Source: Octopus bimaculoides (Eukaryota). From it: a stretch of DNA of 41,577 bases. The first letter of the stretch is position 1. Every line of letters starts with the position of its first letter. The notes beneath the pieces are model-generated. The model saw only the letters and a program-made list of their open reading frames with translations. It had not been told where the DNA came from and did no database searches. The translations under genes and the position numbers were made by a program. This document shows, one piece after another, positions 21,190-32,749 of this stretch. The stretch is taken from assembly GCF_001194135.2 (NCBI RefSeq), contig NC_068995.1:42854823-42896399 (forward strand), written 5' to 3'.

Positions 21190-22444
21190 CCATACGAGAT
21201 AAACCCTTGCTTCTTTAATAACTATCAATACAGTGAGAGGAAGTAAGCAAGCGCATAGTGGAGATTCCGATCTACTCCAACTGCGCCCTCAGTCACTATT
21301 GGAGACAACTGAATTTTATATATTTGGTTTTATATAGCGAATAGCCACCTTCGTTATTTTATAATTTAATTGTCAGCGATGGAGCAGTCACTGCTGACGA
21401 GCTTTAATTCCAAGCGAAACTAGCTTGCTAATATAGTAATCTTGCTTGCTGTGGGACGGTTACCTCCCCTGTCAGTACTTAGATAATGTGCTTTTTGTGG
21501 TTATAAGAGTTTTTGATTGTTGTTTCTAGCAATAAGATGAAACCCTGCACCATCAGTCAATATTAATGACAAATCAATTCTTTCGTCTCGATTTTATATT
21601 GCGTCATACCCGCTTCGGTATTTTACATTTATGTATAGACATAGGTAAAATATACATAGATATATGTACACATGTGTGAGTGTGTGTGTATGTGTGCGAG
21701 TATGTGCGTGAGTGAATGTCTATACGTATACATATGAACGTATTCTCATGTGAACGTTGATGACTAGAATATTAGCTTATTTGATTTTAAGGTCCAGTGT
21801 TCGATACCTGGACCGAGTGCTGCCTTGTATCATTGAACAAGGCATTTCGTTTCACATAGATCTAATCTACCCAATAGAAATGTGTACTAGCCCTTATATT
21901 GATATTCAGGCAGTTCTCTCTCCTTTCATTCTCATATTCTGAAGGTACCGGTGGGTTAAAGATGAAAGAGGGGAAAGGACGTCTACGTTACCATACGACT
22001 ATGACAGGTACCTAAATGTATTAACGAAAGAATAGTACATTCTACGAGGTCATACTCGTTTGTAAGTGACGTCTATGCTATAAACCATGTACATATATGT
22101 GTGTGTGTGAATAGTTATTTGTAGCTTAGCATATTCACAAGCATCACTGATTGCTTCATGAATTCAGGACTGTTCCTGGTTTGCATCCTAGTTTTAACCT
22201 CTACCTCATATATATTGGTTTCTCTGTTACATACTTCATTCAATGAACAGAAGGAACAGGCTTATATCGAGCTGAATGCTCATGCAGGAACCCTAGGACA
22301 GTTTCATGTAATGAAACATGTCATGCTGAAGCCATGTTTTATAAGGCAAAGACCAAATCTACGGATGTGATTCACAATACCAACCTAAATCGATAAAACA
22401 GATTGATGGAATTATGTTTGAAGCAGATGTGTGCGCGTGTAAGT

Positions 22445-22454
22445 TTGTTTGTGT

Positions 22455-22536
<82 letters not shown>
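22445..22536 (+). repeat. (GT)n microsatellite
   Basis: Direct inspection. Confidence 0.96.
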
Positions 22537-22537
<1 letters not shown>

Positions 22538-22582
22538 TGGTATAAACAAACTTTAGGTGGCAGAAGAGATAATTCTACTTAC

Positions 22583-22660
22583 CGAAACTGAGCCATTTCA
22601 ATATACTAGTGTAAAAAACGTTATTTAGTTCTCCAACTTCAAATTTTCTGTGTACATTCT
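22583..22660 (-). CDS. Candidate 78-nt internal exon (phase 1-1), xNVHRKFEVGELNNVFYTSILKWLSF
   Basis: Acceptor CTTTCCACTCTCTTCAG, donor TCG|GTAAGT, only one open frame. No recognisable homology. Confidence 0.3.
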
Positions 22661-23602
22661 CTGAAGAGAGTGGAAAGTGACTTATGAACGTTTGGGAAGA
22701 ATAGAAACAATTCTGGCACTGAAACCAGTATAGAAATTATACTTCATTCTTAAATTCCAGACCTACTGGAAACTTTATATTTCTCAAATCAAAAGTTTCA
22801 ACTTATATCCCAGTGTATGAGAGCACACTGTTTTTTATTTATTTTTTATTTTTTTATTTTCCCACCCAGGGGCACAAAATGCATATTCATAGAAACAGAG
22901 AGAAGGAAACAGAGGAATATAGGAAGAAATGCGGAGAAAAATGGAGTATTAGTCACCAAACCAGTTCCAAAATACATGTAGAAATAAATAATAAACCGGG
23001 GTTGTAAACCTTCAAATGTTTGTACGGCCATTTGTTTTTTGCCTGCTTATTTGAGACCAATATTTCTTCACAAGAAATTTCTGTTGTAATGAAAAGAAAG
23101 AAAACTTGTGTAAATATTCGTAGAATTTGTTTAAAGTTCAGGAAACCTAATCGTTGGACTTTGTGTCCGAAATACTCGGTCATTGTACGCATCAATCATT
23201 TCAGTAAAAAAAAAAAATTAAAAAATGCATGTCTTTCAGAGAGGCAGTTCAGAATCAGGATCAGATAATGCATTAAATAAATTTATGTTTGGAATCAAAA
23301 GAAGACAGTTATTCAACTGCGCTGTTTATTCGCAATAAAATTCTCATTCAAAAGTGATTAATTGTATATACTTCTAGACCAGTAGGGGGCATAAGATAAA
23401 CAAGTTCTATTTCAGATCGTATATACGTAGACCAAAAGAAAACTGTAAAATACTTACCAAGACGTCTGCAGAACCTAATTGCAGACAGTCACACTTTTAC
23501 AAATAGAAAATGGAAATCATGTATACATACAATACATGTATAGATCATATATACTAGCGCACATGTAAACATCCCTTCTTTTAATATATACATAAGTTTT
23601 TC

Positions 23603-23748
23603 AAGGCGGCGAGCTGGCAGAATCTTTAGCACACCGAGAAAAAATGCTAAGCGGTATTTCGCCTGCCTGCACTTTCCGAATTCAAATTCCGTCGAGGTCG
23701 ACTTTGCTTTTTCATCCTTTCGGGGTCGATAAAATAAGTACCAGTTGG
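23603..23748 (+). mobile_element. SINE family A copy (3'-truncated)
   Basis: AAGGCGGCGAGCTGGCAGAATC..GAATTCAAATTCC..TTCATCCTTTCGGGGTCGATAAAATAAGTACCAG. Confidence 0.9.
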
Positions 23749-23860
23749 GTTTTAGGGGCTGGAACTAGCTAGCTTTACGCCAAAATTTGTAAGTAATTCA
23801 TACACAAGTTTGGATTCGCGTGGCTTCCGTATGTCCTGGGTTTAATTTATTCACCTTAGC

Positions 23861-23916
23861 CCTTGAAGGCGGTGCTCCAGCATTGACACGATTCAATAAC
23901 TGAAACAAGATAAAGA
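23861..23916 (+). mobile_element. SINE family B tail fragment
   Basis: GAAGGCGGTGCTCCAGCAT..ACTGAAACAAGATAAAG. Confidence 0.65.
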
Positions 23917-24277
23917 ATCAAAGAAAAGATGGATGGTGAAGGGTATGGGAAGGAATAAGAGGCGCGCGCACATGTGTGTATGTATATATTCAAATTTCTA
24001 CTAGGTAGATTTTCATTTAGCACCATTGTAACTACGAGCAAGGCAGTTTCATTAATGTCAACCTCAAGTATTGTAGACAAGATATTTGGATATGAGTTCG
24101 CTTAACTTCATTACATTGCTGTTTTATTGAGGAATTTCATTAAGAATTTGACTTTTATTATCGTTCTTTTAGCTATGAAAATTTATCATATATATATATA
24201 TATATATATATACTGATTTCCAACAAGACAAACCAACTCTTTTATTTATAGAATCTAATAACATCAACATTGAACAA

Positions 24278-24900
24278 TTACATGTGAATCCTTAGAAAAG
24301 TATCGCATATTCTTATTGTTCCGTTTACAGATTGTATTTACTGACTTTGCGTTTGCCGGTCACTTTCTTCTACTAAAACTGTCAGATCCTTGAGATTGCT
24401 AGTTCGACCTTTAATAAATTTTTGCTATTCTTAGATATAAATGTCAATTTATAATCTATGTACAGACACCGTTTTGAAGTAGTTGTTGTAAATCTCTCAC
24501 AGACTTTGAATGAAATTTTCACGTCTACAGGGAAGTTGACCTCAATAACAATAGATTTTTTTTACTTTTCTAACCGAAACAACTATACCAAGCCTGTTAT
24601 GTTTGCATTTAGCGGATGTTCTGATAGAAATATTCCACCAATATCTCTATTCCCTACGTGTGCATGTATTCACTAACAGAAATTTCACCTCGGGCTGTCT
24701 TTTTCTACGGATAGCATTGTATATTGTTCAAGCAACAACAACATCATGCCACATCGGAAAATAGATACATAATAATAATCAAGGGGTGAGGCAGCTGGTT
24801 ATCACATGTGGTGTATTTTCAACAGAAATGTGACATAATCAATATCACCGGTCGAATCTTGGAAGTTTAAGGGCTTCGTAGTTTCTTTTGTTCAGTCGGA
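24278..24900 (-). mobile_element. Degraded R4-like RLE retrotransposon remnant (zinc knuckle plus RLE)
   Basis: Frameshifted pieces in the expected order: LCHISVENTPHVITSC (decayed CCHC), TIYNAIRRK, YWWNISIRTSAKCKHNRLGIVV, IVIEVNFPVDVKI, IQSVNGTIRICDTFLRI. Confidence 0.75.
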
Positions 24901-25033
24901 ATTTTGTAGCTATATCTCATATGTTCCCATATAATTACGTATGTATGAATGTATGAATATGAGTTTGTCACTATGTATTAAAATTTTATATAAGATATTT
25001 TTGTTTAAATATATATAAATTCTTGTGTGTTTG

Positions 25034-25075
<42 letters not shown>

Positions 25076-25694
25076 GATATTGCACTTCGACATAGTGTGA
25101 CTTAGTTAATAAAAGAACATTTGCATAGATTGCATAGTGACAAGCAGTGCAGTATTTGCAACNNNNNNNNNNNNNNNNNNNNNNNNNNNNNNNNNNNNNN
25201 NNNNNNNNNNNNNNNNNNNNNNNNNNNNNNNNNNNNNNNNNNNNNNNNNNNNNNNNNNNNNNNNNNNNNNNNNNNNNNNNNNNNNNNNNNNNNNNNNNNN
25301 NNNNNNNNNNNNNNNNNNNNNNNNNNNNNNNNNNNNNNNNNNNNNNNNNNNNNNNNNNNNNNNNNNNNNNNNNNNNNNNNNNNNNNNNNNNNNNNNNNNN
25401 NNNNNATATATATTGCTTAGTGTCTTTATATATGTTCTTTCCCAGCGCACTTAAGTTCTTGTAAATTCTTCGACTATACTTGGCAATTGTAATAGTTATA
25501 AGAACCTGTTAATTAGAATCTTTTTTCGTTCTTGTTTACAATTTCGAGAAAGTAGTTTGGGGCAGTTTTAAGTGTGTTGCAGGTGAGTCGGTGTGGTGGT
25601 TGGAAATAAGCAATAAATGCCTTGTAGCACACTCCTTTTTATATACAGAGTCGTTTCTGAAGAATTCGTTTAAATGGAGGGTGGGGAGTCTATA

Positions 25695-26222
25695 TGCATG
25701 TTTGTGTGTGTGAGAGAGAGTGTGTGTGAGAGAGAGTGAGTGTGTGTGTATGTGTGTTTGTAAGTGTATGTATGTACGAGAGAGAAATAATAGTAACCGA
25801 CTCACACACAAATACAAATACACACACCCAAATGCACACACAGGCACACAGACACGTACAGACACAACGCGCACACACACATACGCACACGTACACAGAG
25901 ACATACACAAACAGACAGACACACACACACAAACACATACGCAAATGCATACATACAGAAACACACATAAACGCATATGCATAAAGGTAGAATGCTAACA
26001 TGAAATGAAGAATAAGGAAGAGTTGGAGAAAGGGAGAGAGAGAGAGACAGAGACACAGAGAGAGAGAGAGAATGCGTGCGTGCGAGACTACGTGTGTATG
26101 TGAGCGTGTGAGAAAGAGATGATATATACGACGGAGAGACAAACATACAAACATTCAAAACGCACCCATATACACATACTGACATGTATACACAAATATA
26201 TACATATATATATATATATATA
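25695..26222. repeat. Degenerate (GT)/(CA)/(GA)/(TA) low-complexity field
   Basis: Direct inspection; source of several spurious ORFs. Confidence 0.9.
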
Positions 26223-27330
26223 NNNNNNNNNNNNNNNNNNNNNNNNNNNNNNNNNNNNNNNNNNNNNNNNNNNNNNNNNNNNNNNNNNNNNNNNNNNNNN
26301 NNNNNNNNNNNNNNNNNNNNNNNNNNNNNNNNNNNNNNNNNNNNNNNNNNNNNNNNNNNNNNNNNNNNNNNNNNNNNNNNNNNNNNNNNNNNNNNNNNNN
26401 NNNNNNNNNNNNNNNNNNNNNNNNNNNNNNNNNNNNNNNNNNNNNNNNNNNNNNNNNNNNNNNNNNNNNNNNNNNNNNNNNNNNNNNNNNNNNNNNNNNN
26501 NNNNNNNNNNNNNNNNNNNNNNNNNNNNNNNNNNNNNNNNNNNNNNNNNNNNNNNNNNNNNNNNNNNNNNNNNNNNNNNNNNNNNNNNNNNNNNNNNNNN
26601 NNNNNNNNNNNNNNNNNNNNNNNNNNNNNNNNNNNNNNNNNNNNNNNNNNNNNNNNNNNNNNNNNNNNNNNNNNNNNNNNNNNNNNNNNNNNNNNNNNNN
26701 NNNNNNNNNNNNNNNNNNNNNNNNNNNNNNNNNNNNNNNNNNNNNNNNNNNNNNNNNNNNNNNNNNNNNNNNNNNNNNNNNNNNNNNNNNNNNNNNNNNN
26801 NNNNNNNNNNNNNNNNNNNNNNNNNNNNNNNNNNNNNNNNNNNNNNNNNNNNNNNNNNNNNNNNNNNNNNNNNNNNNNNNNNNNNNNNNNNNNNNNNNNN
26901 NNNNNNNNNNNNNNNNNNNNNNNNNNNNNNNNNNNNNNNNNNNNNNNNNNNNNNNNNNNNNNNNNNNNNNNNNNNNNNNNNNNNNNNNNNNNNNNNNNNN
27001 NNNNNNNNNNNNNNNNNNNNNNNNNNNNNNNNNNNNNNNNNNNNNNNNNNNNNNNNNNNNNNNNNNNNNNNNNNNNNNNNNNNNNNNNNNNNNNNNNNNN
27101 NNNNNNNNNNNNNNNNNNNNNNNNNNNNNNNNATATATATATATATATATATAATTATACATGTATATATATACACACACAAAGAGAGAGATGAAGGCGT
27201 GCAGATAGTGAAAGAGTACTAAGAGACCAGATGCGCACACTTTTAAGTTTCCAAGCACGTAGAAATTCAGATAATAATATTTTGATACAGATAACAAGAT
27301 TATTGAATAAATATAGACAAAACTAAACCG

Positions 27331-27510
27331 ATGTCTACATAGGCATGTATATAATACATACCTATATGAGTATGTATTATATATACCTAACTATATACGT
27401 ATGTACGCAATGTATATCTTCCCATATACATTACGTACATACGTATATAGCTAGGTATATATAATACATACTCATATAGGTATGTATTACATACATACCT
27501 ATGTAGACAT
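27331..27510. repeat. 87-bp inverted repeat, 4 mismatches, 6-nt loop
   Basis: 27331-27417 versus 27424-27510; loop CTTCCC. Confidence 0.95.
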
Positions 27511-27599
27511 GTGTGCAGTTTAAACGATCGATTCTTTGCAGTAGAGCAGGGTCTTTATTTTTCTTTTTTTTTCTTTGCTATGACCAGTATTTACCATAC

Positions 27600-27642
27600 C
27601 TTGAATACATTCCATTATCTAAATTTGCATTAGACTCAGGTA
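27600..27642 (-). CDS. Candidate 43-nt internal exon (phase 1-2), xPESNANLDNGMYS
   Basis: Acceptor CTTTCTTGGCCATCGTTTTTACAG, donor AAG|GTATGG, only one open frame. No homology recognised. Confidence 0.25.
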
Positions 27643-28654
27643 CTGTAAAAACGATGGCCAAGAAAGTAGAAGCATCAAGAAAATAAAAGTATCCTCTAAC
27701 ATTCGATAGTTTGGCAGCTGTTTTACAAACCATATTGCAGTAAGGCATTGTGAGCTCTGACTAAAGGAGATTCTTTTCCTTTGATCATAATAACCTAACG
27801 CTCACTCATCAATCAAGATCTTTCTTGCTGTAGAATTAACATTTCCTCACTATATATCTCCAAGTTCATTTAATAAACAAAATACCCACCAAAAAATCAT
27901 TGTCAATTCTTCCTTTTTCCTATCGCAATTAATGATTCACAATTGCAAAACATGTTTTCTATCATACTAACTTAGTAAAGTGATTGGTTACCAAGCTATC
28001 TGTTTCAAATGTTGCTACTCTCATTCACGAACACCTCACACCACTAAACTATTTCAGTCTATTGAAATATGCTACAGAATGATCAAAAAAAAAAAAAAAA
28101 CCTAGTTACCTCTACTAAATGCCGAGCAACATCCTTCAGTGTCATCAACTTAACGTTACCATAAGCAACCGCTTATTTAATCATCTTGTAATTCTTTCCC
28201 GTGAAAGTAAACATACGTATATTTTCTCGAGAGCCTGTCGCTTCTAATCGTCAAGAACATCGGAGAAAATTATTTTGTTGGGCTTGTTAGCAACTAAGCA
28301 TTTTATCATGGATGACATTAGGATTTCGTATCTGTGTAGCCTGTCTATCGAATACGTTGTGTTGGATGTAAGATTTTCTATCGGTGACCTAAAATGTAAC
28401 GGCCTACCGTTCACGATCAAAGGGTTATCGCTTTTATGGCTTGATTTCTGTGACAAACAACGATGCAATGGAAGTTTTAGGAAAGATGAGCTTTTCATCA
28501 CCATATACAATACTGTGTATGTTACTCTCCATGAGTTCAACGTTATTTGAATTACAGAGTCACTACGTAGCATTCAAAAGAAATAATATAAAAATAGGCT
28601 TTCATTTCACAAAAGCAAAATAATTCATGAATTTCGAATCTCCTTAACCATAAT

Positions 28655-28772
28655 ACATGTATGTATGTATGTATGTATGTATGTATGTATGTATGTATGT
28701 ATGTATGCATGTATGTATGTATGTATGCATGTATGTATGTATGCATGTATGTATATATGTGTGTATGTATGT
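28655..28772 (+). repeat. (ATGT)n tetranucleotide repeat
   Basis: Direct inspection. Confidence 0.95.
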
Positions 28773-28930
28773 ATAGCGCTCAAATACAGACAATTACACA
28801 AGCACTTCGCCACACACACGTATAAACACAAGCATATATACTGCTGTGGCGGAGAAAGTGCTAACAAGAACAGGACAGTGCACCCTCCGCAAAAATCCCA
28901 AATTTTATTTAACTTGCTTTGCGAGAAGGA

Positions 28931-29084
28931 CTGTTTCAACGAAGTCGCATATTGTCCTTACCTTCGAAACACGGAGTAGATGAAACAGGAACAACTGACG
29001 AAGGGTTATACTCTTTATGTTGCATGTCTCGTTTCTCTGTTTTCGTCTCTCATTGTGTTCAACGTTTTTTGATGTCCTGTACCC
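28931..29084. repeat. Unclassified interspersed repeat; related fragment at 35241-35320
   Basis: Both end in GTCCTGTACCC followed by (TA)-rich tracts and share a TTTCTCT..GTT..TTTT(G)TGA block. Confidence 0.5.
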
Positions 29085-29648
29085 ATATATGTATGTATAT
29101 ATGCACATATATGTAGGTATGTACATATATGTATATATATATATATNNNNNNNNNNNNNNNNNNNNNNNNNNNNNNNNNNNNNNNNNNNNNNNNNNNNNN
29201 NNNNNNNNNNNNNNNNNNNNNNNNNNNNNNNNNNNNNNNNNNNNNNNNNNNNNNNNNNNNNNNNNNNNNNNNNNNNNNNNNNNNNNNNNNNNNNNNNNNN
29301 NNNNNNNNNNNNNNNNNNNNNNNNNNNNNNNNNNNNNNNNNNNNNNNNNNNNNNNNNNNNNNNNNNNNNNNNNNNNNNNNNNNNNNNNNNNNNNNNNNNN
29401 NNNNNNNNNNNNNNNNNNNNNNNNNNNNNNNNNNNNNNNNNNNNNNNNNNNNNNNNNNNNNNNNNNNNNNNNNNNNNNNNNNNNNNNNNNNNNNNNNNNN
29501 NNNNNNNNNNNNNNNNNNNNNNNNNNNNNNNNNNNNNNNNNNNNNNNNNNNNNNNNNNNNNNNNNNNNNNNNNNNNNNNNNNNNNNNNNNNNNNNNNNNN
29601 NNNNNNNNNNNNNNNNNNNNNNNNNNNNNNNNNNNNNNNNNNNNNNNN

Positions 29649-29698
<50 letters not shown>

Positions 29699-30657
29699 TA
29701 TATTTTATTTTAGACCTGACGAGTGAATATATTTTTGAAAAGATTTAATTGTAGATCGATTTGATTATTAATCGAATTATTACTCGAATTGGTTTTATTA
29801 GTTATCTATTTGAAAATATAGCCACGAAACGTGCGTAGTCATTTTTATACCATTTACCATTTACTAGTTATTCTTTTATGTAATTTATTGATTTTAGAAT
29901 AAGTTTTTATGATACATTTTTACTTATTTTACGTACTACGCTAGGGCACTATTTTCCTATAACTTAACTTCACTTGATAGCTAGACTACCGACTCATTTT
30001 ACATGCTATAATTTCCCTCCCGATCTTATTGTTTTTCTATGTACCCTTCAACTATTTCTATTATTCCTTTACTTAGCCCATTGTACAAACTGTATAGTAT
30101 ATACTTTGAATAATATCATTATCTTTACTACGGCTTCCTTTGTAATTAAATGAACTAACAAGTTATAAATTAACGTCACATTTGTTCAAATAGCTACACC
30201 GGACATCCCCAATAGCTATAACTCTCTCGGCTTACACCGGCGGTCAACTAGCCATGCGCACCGGATGCTAGAACCTACGGACATGTAGAATTATGAAATT
30301 ATCTAATTATAAGACCATAGATTTAACAAATTCTCTTTCCATCTATCCTTCAACTGATACAATGAATTATGGAAGTCACTGAAATGTAAGACTATTGAAT
30401 TAACGAACATTTTCCCTTTTTCCTTCCCTTATATTTTCTTTCTATTTTCTTTCTAATTATCTTTTGTCATATTACCGTTCTGAGGATGACTATCAAGTGT
30501 AAAAAGGTAAATAAAATTTACCCCAGCTTGATATACTGAAGCAGCTGGAAACATAGTCTCACCTTAATTAGATAATAACCAACGATCCACCTTTCACTAT
30601 TAATTGCTCCATTTTTCATCATCTCTATATATATGTATATATATGCATAGATTTGAG

Positions 30658-30658
<1 letters not shown>

Positions 30659-30730
<72 letters not shown>
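30659..30730 (+). repeat. (CA)n(TA)n microsatellite running into a gap
   Basis: Direct inspection. Confidence 0.95.
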
Positions 30731-31641
30731 NNNNNNNNNNNNNNNNNNNNNNNNNNNNNNNNNNNNNNNNNNNNNNNNNNNNNNNNNNNNNNNNNNNNNN
30801 NNNNNNNNNNNNNNNNNNNNNNNNNNNNNNNNNNNNNNNNNNNNNNNNNNNNNNNNNNNNNNNNNNNNNNNNNNNNNNNNNNNNNNNNNNNNNNNNNNNN
30901 NNNNNNNNNNNNNNNNNNNNNNNNNNNNNNNNNNNNNNNNNNNNNNNNNNNNNNNNNNNNNNNNNNNNNNNNNNNNNNNNNNNNNNNNNNNNNNNNNNNN
31001 NNNNNNNNNNNNNNNNNNNNNNNNNNNNNNNNNNNNNNNNNNNNNNNNNNNNNNNNNNNNNNNNNNNNNNNNNNNNNNNNNNNNNNNNNNNNNNNNNNNN
31101 NNNNNNNNNNNNNNNNNNNNNNNNNNNNNNNNNNNNNNNNNNNNNNNNNNNNNNNNNNNNNNNNNNNNNNNNNNNNNNNNNNNNNNNNNNNNNNNNNNNN
31201 NNNNNNNNNNNNNNNNNNNNNNNNNNNNNNNNNNNNNNNNNNNNNNNNNNNNNNNNNNNNNNNNNNNNNNNNNNNNNNNNNNNNNNNNNNNNNNNNNNNN
31301 NNNNNNNNNNNNNNNNNNNNNNNNNNNNNNNNNNNNNNNNNNNNNNNNNNNNNNNNNNNNNNNNNNNNNNNNNNNNNNNNNNNNNNNNNNNNNNNNNNNN
31401 NNNNNNNNNNNNNNNNNNNNNNNNNNNNNNNNNNNNNNNNNNNNNNNNNNNNNNNNNNNNNNNNNNNNNNNNNNNNNNNNNNNNNNNNNNNNNNNNNNNN
31501 NNNNNNNNNNNNNNNNNNNNNNNNNNNNNNNNNNNNNNNNNNNNNNNNNNNNNNNNNNNNNNNNNNNNNNNNNNNNNNNNNNNNNNNNNNNNNNNNNNNN
31601 ACAAAAGGATATATTAGTATGACGCTCGGGAATACGGAAAG

Positions 31642-31678
31642 TCTTTGACGTTTCGAGCTACGCTCTTCAACAGAAAGA
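31642..31678 (-). ncRNA. Minimal type I hammerhead-ribozyme-like motif (Penelope-type, variant core)
   Basis: UCUUU-CUGUUGA-A-GAGC(GUA)GCUC-GAAA-CG-UC-AAAGA: 5-bp stem I, 4-bp stem II, palindromic CG stem III, GUC site. Core A6 is U. Confidence 0.55.
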
Positions 31679-31881
31679 ATACGGAGACAAGGAGAAGACG
31701 GTAGGTGAAGGAAAGTAAGGTAAAAAAGGATGATAAAGGAGGTTTACAAAAGTGGAAAAGTTCAAAAGTTTTTTAGACGTCGTGGTATATTGAAGCGATT
31801 TCCAATCAGAAGATGGGTCCAGTATGCATACATGCTATCTTCTTTTTCTGGTTTCATGTGGAAACTATTTAACGAACTCAC

Positions 31882-31917
31882 TTCAAATTTACGCGAAGCT
31901 ATGAGGGATTTCAAACT
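31882..31917 (-). CDS. Candidate 36-nt exon (phase 0-0), SLKSLIASRKFE
   Basis: Acceptor TTTCCTCGTCTCATCTGTGTACAG, donor GAA|GTGAGT. Confidence 0.2.
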
Positions 31918-32423
31918 CTGTACACAGATGAGACGAGGAAACTGATAAAAAAAATTTTAACTGCTATTTGCCTTTCATTGGCCCTGAATCTTTGCAAGAA
32001 TTTGGTTCACATTATATCATTTCCCTAATTATCTTACGTGAAAACACCGAAGTACATGTGTGTGATTGTGTGCGCTTGTGTGCGTGTTTGTGTGTGTGTA
32101 TACATCACACGTTATACTGCTGTATGAGCATGTACAATCCCATTTATTTGGTACCACAGTTTTGGACGCCAAACTTGTTCTATGAAGTTGCAGATTCATA
32201 AAAATATTTATAAATTCATCTACATATAATTTTGTGAATCGTGCGATATCATGAATATGTGTTCATACGTATCTGTGCAGATAATAATTCTTGCACAAGT
32301 TCCTAGGGTTATACGTATGTCATGCATATTCTGCATGACAAATATTAAATTATATAATATTAAACTATATAATAATGACAGATATTAAATTAAAATTTAG
32401 ATCAATATACAAATTCATTGATG

Positions 32424-32552
32424 CTGGTTTCAAATGTTGGTAATAAGGCCAGCATTTCGAGTTGAGGGGTAAGTCAATTACATCAACCCCGGCGTTCAAC
32501 TGGTACTTTTTTTTCGACTCCAAAAGGATGAAAGGCAAAGTCAACCTTGGCG
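32424..32552 (-). mobile_element. SINE family A copy (5'-truncated)
   Basis: Tail and core are present: CAACTGGTACTT..AAAGGATGAAAGGCAAAGTCAACC. Confidence 0.8.
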
Positions 32553-32749
32553 TAAAAAAATTCGTTGATAGTAAATGGTCTTCTGATGTATGTATGATAT
32601 GGAGTATATTGACTTGCTATGAGAAACGATAAGTGTACATTCAAATAAGAAACGTAATAAGTTTGTTCTATGAAAATGCGGACAGTGTAATTTCGTTTAA
32701 ACGTTCATTAAATTACAGATTTAAAGTAATAGATGGTGCTAGACAAATG

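Noticed and set aside
22158-22370. 70-aa ORF with a hydrophobic N-terminus (signal-peptide-like)
   Set aside because: AT-rich DNA readily yields hydrophobic runs; there is no strong donor, promoter or homology.
28244-28573. Overlapping antisense ORFs; DKQRC resembles a Cys-loop receptor motif
   Set aside because: The Cys spacing and FPFD motif are absent, and no other receptor features are present.
28961-29005. Permuted (type II) hammerhead: CCTTCGAAAC...CTGACGAAGGG
   Set aside because: Stems I and III cannot be formed around a UH site.
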